A DNA stretch of 64,000 bases from Bugula neritina (lineage: Eukaryota > Animalia > Bryozoa): assembly GCA_964035545.1 (NCBI GenBank), contig OZ037772.1, positions 8,549,150-8,613,149 on the forward strand. The letters are read 5' to 3'. Position numbers and translations under genes: made by a program. Below, piece after piece: positions 54,701 through 64,000 of this stretch. The notes beneath the pieces are model-generated. The model worked only from the letters and a program-made list of their open reading frames with translations. It was not told where the DNA came from and did not search any database. The first letter of the stretch is position 1, and every line of letters begins with the position of its first letter.

Positions 54701-56698
54701 GCAGAGGGTGGAGTGTGCTCCAACAGAGACACTCAGGTTACCATGGTTACCACATGACAATATACAGACTATGTACTACTAATTTAGAATTCTAGTTGAT
54801 CAGTTGGGGTTAGAACTCTTGTTTAAAGTTATTGCTTTAAATGACATTGCTATTAAGTGTACTTACCTCAACTTACACTGTTACTAAATGTACTTACCTC
54901 AACTTACACTAAGGTTAACACAAGTTTTTCATAGTTTATAATGTTATGATGTATTGCCAGCTACTTCAACACCATGGCTGTGTAAAATATTGTCAATGGT
55001 AATAACTTTTGATTAATTGGTTTTTCTTTCAGGCGAGTTGGATTTCAACAAGAACTGGACGGAATACAGAGAAGGTTTTGGAGAAGTGAGAGTTGACAAA
55101 GAGTTTTGGGTTGGTGAGTCAGTAGGTGTTGCTTATTGGTCTATCTTGGGAGTTTTCCTATCGGTCATATACAATATTGTCTATCACTACTTTCAGTGTT
55201 ATCAGCTCTCTGATTGGTAGATGTCTTGAATGTTACGGTTTTTTTATTGGTTGATGTTTATAATGTTGCAAATTAATTTATTGGTTGTTGTTGTTGGGTT
55301 TGATAGCCTATTGTTTTCAAACAGCTTATTTGTCGACTAATTTACTTTTACACGCCTGCTTATTAGTACTTTATCATTATTATTAGTTGATGCTATGTAA
55401 TTGTTACAAGCCTTTTCATTGGTCAATATTGCTTATGTTACCAGATCCACTATAATTTACAGTCTCATTGTTTAGGCTTAGGAATAAGTCAATAGCCTGA
55501 GATTTATTGCAGGTAACGAGTTGATACATACTCTGACGTCCCAGTACAACTACACTGTTCGCTTTGACATGTGGGCAGTGAATGGAAGCTACATATTTGC
55601 AGAGTACACAAGTTTCAAGCTGCTCTCTGAATCCGAAGGCTACAAATTGCTCGTTTCTGGTGAGAACAGAATAGTAATTTTTAAGTTGAAGTATTTTGGC
55701 CTTTTAATGTTAGGTTACTTAAATTTAGATTGTGTAACCACGGAAATAGTTATTTATTAAATTATACTGCAAACCAACTCTAATTAAATAAAACCTATTA
55801 AGTTTTAGTTAGCAAATTTAATTTCCTTAGTTTTAAGCCTATGTAGACCTCAATAACATCTTGAAAATTGCAAGTGGAACCACATTTTCTACGGATAGCA
55901 CAAAGTTGAATTGTAAGAATTTTGTTAGCCCGTTATGCTTTCAAATTATTTGCTCTACTAAATTTTATTTGGAGTTTTCTACCAGAGTATGCTTATATCA
56001 CACAGGAGTTGCTTTTCCTTGATTGATAATTGCTATTTGCATGCCACACTATTAAGTAAAACCTGTTTTCTACGTTAAACAACTATTTCTATTTAGGATA
56101 CTCTGGCAATGCAACCGATTCTCTCCGACATAGCAATGATATGAGTTTTAGTAGTTATGAAGTGGACAATGATAAGAGCTCAATGCATTGCGCCCTCTTC
56201 TACACAGCAGGTTGGCTCTCTTAATTTATCTTGTTCCCTTTGCATAATGCACAGTGCTCCCTCCATATCTCACAGAGCAGCGGGGCTGAAACCTCAATTC
56301 ATGATGTAGTGAATACTAGATTTAACGCACGGATCCATTAAATTTGGCCATTTTGTCTCTATACACATATACATAAGCCACAAAAAAGGGGGTTAAAGCC
56401 CTTCTCGTGACCAATAGAATTTTGTGAGAAATGGCAGCGCGAGATCTGGAGGGAGCACTGTGCTTCCTTTGCGTAAAGTGATCTCTGTTTTTAGGCTACA
56501 TAGAAACTTATATTCCGATGAGTGTGCAGCAGAATATCAAAAATGCCGAGTCATGTTTTAGGCTGGTGGTATAAACATTGTCAATACTGCAATCTGAATG
56601 GAAGATACACGGTGGGCATGGTCTGGTTCAATCACGTATCAGATGAGTGGGTAGAGCTTAGCAGAACGAAAATAAAGATATCTCGGAATTCGTCATGA
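42789..56698 (+). CDS. sca: Secreted coiled-coil plus fibrinogen C-terminal domain (FReD) protein, scabrous-like
   Basis: Phase-consistent GT-AG exons: 42789-42844 (signal-peptide-like MRSHILLILGLLSCSGCL), 47839-48045, 48525-48669, 49159-49295, 49715-49868, 50252-50399, 50737-50807, 50935-51147, 51752-51838, 52304-52437, 53035-53122, 53358-53499, 53915-54076, 54590-54736, 55033-55113, 55513-55659, 56097-56210, 56562-56698. FReD motifs include LPRDC, VYCD, GWSVLQQR, DFNKNWTEYREGFG, EFWVGNE and YSGNATDSL. The C-terminus GWWYKHCQYCNLNGRYTVGMVWFN resembles the short scabrous-type ending (from recall). The symbol and exon 1 are less certain than the domain call. Confidence 0.85.
43000..43270. repeat. 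25-bp minisatellite (TGTAACACTACAGTGTCACAGTACA)n
   Basis: About 10 diverged units, intronic. Confidence 0.85.
45341..45544 (-). mobile_element. tRNA-derived SINE, same family
   Basis: Reverse-complement match including the B-box (GGGCTCGAACC on the + strand). Confidence 0.78.
45651..47429 (+). mobile_element. Tc1/mariner (Tc1-type) transposon, full length, inactive
   Basis: Perfect 27-bp TIR CAGTGCTGTGAAAAAGTTTAAGGACGC with TA on both sides. It lies in intron 1 of the scabrous-like gene. Confidence 0.95.
46057..47082 (+). pseudogene. Tc1-family transposase, frameshifted
   Basis: HTH region and SGRPR motif in ORF 46039-46362. Later frames give ISDKSTF, FEDDNAPC, WPAQSRDLNPI and GWPTKH*, with multiple frameshifts and stops. 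Confidence 0.9.
49314..49520. repeat. 14-bp minisatellite (CTGTGACTATTATA)n
   Basis: Direct reading; intronic. Confidence 0.9.
49883..50220. repeat. ~21-bp minisatellite (ATATCATTAGTATATCTCTTC)n
   Basis: Direct reading; intronic; source of several spurious ORFs. Confidence 0.92.
51202..51410 (+). mobile_element. tRNA-derived SINE, same family
   Basis: Aligns by eye over its full length with 61387-61600. Confidence 0.8.
52703..52897 (-). mobile_element. tRNA-derived SINE, same family
   Basis: Reverse-complement match to 61387-61600. Confidence 0.78.
56249..56463. mobile_element. MITE with CACAGTG-starting inverted termini, in an intron of the scabrous-like gene
   Basis: GCACAGTGCTCCCTCCA(T)ATCTC … GAGATCTGGAGGGAGCACTGTGC, with one mismatch in 23 bp. 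No clean TSD. Confidence 0.7.
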
Positions 56699-57425
56699 TG
56701 CCTCCCTCATCAGCAAACTACTTCTAATAGCTGAAATGGGATGCCCTTCTTTATGCAAACTAAAATTTCAGTAATATCTAAAAATTTCATTAACCGAGAC
56801 TTATTTCTCAAGTTTATCGATTCATACTATTCATAGCGCAAGTATACAATCAGCAATAATTATTTTTGAACTTTTATGGTACCAAATGTTACTTTCTTCA
56901 TGATCTGATGTATTATTATAAATACTTAGTTGAATGGTGTTTCAAGTGGAATTTTCAATGACAGGTGCTTGTAGATTAATATTATTATTATCATTTATAG
57001 TTACATATTCGTTATATTGTATTTCTAATATTACGACCAATAAATTAAAGCTACAATGCGCTGAGAATAAATATTAAGATGTACATAGAGTCAAATATTA
57101 CAAAATAAATTATCAATAAAATTAAAAAATAACATTTAAATTCATCACAAAATTAAGTCTCACTACAGCCATGGACTTTAAAGAGAGTAGAAAATAGTGC
57201 TTCAATAAATAGAAAAAGGAAAATAAATAATTAACTTTTGTGCAAATAAATAATATACTAGCCATAAAATGCTACACTGTCATACATGAAATGGAACTAC
57301 AATAATTCATTTGAATATATATATGGATGTCAGAAAGACTTCAGTGTCTGGGGCACCATCTTTGAGTCATGACTCTTGTATAATTAGAAGGACCATAGAG
57401 TCTGGCAGACAAACACTGGCGGCGT

Positions 57426-64000
<6,575 letters not shown>

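Overview
AT-rich animal (invertebrate-type, intron-rich) genomic DNA with no prokaryotic features. (1) Bases 1-39,000 are a head-to-tail, minus-strand tandem array of 11 paralogous C2H2 zinc-finger gene units (U1-U11, about 2-4 kb each). They share one architecture: a short ATG exon (MSxxxP, donor GTAAGT), a ~660-nt exon A, a ~159-nt exon B, and one terminal exon with a spacer plus 5-8 TGEKP-linked fingers. Exons A and B encode an acidic N-terminal region I do not recognise (not KRAB, SCAN, ZAD, BTB or SET). It carries a triplicated motif LPEEPDVPLSEVISEAFxVLGL that contains a PxVxL-type core. All introns are phase 1. Finger arrays are hypervariable, swapped between paralogs and recurrently truncated. 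The layout resembles a lineage-specific analogue of a KRAB-ZNF cluster and is the best candidate here for an undescribed system. (2) 39-47.5 kb holds MITEs, minisatellites, tRNA-derived SINEs and a decayed Tc1 element. (3) 42,789-56,698 (+) is a 17-exon secreted coiled-coil/fibrinogen-domain gene resembling scabrous. (4) 57,426->64,000 (-) is the 3' part of a WDR47 orthologue. Exon models were read by hand from splice signals and reading frames; no database search or RNA evidence was available.
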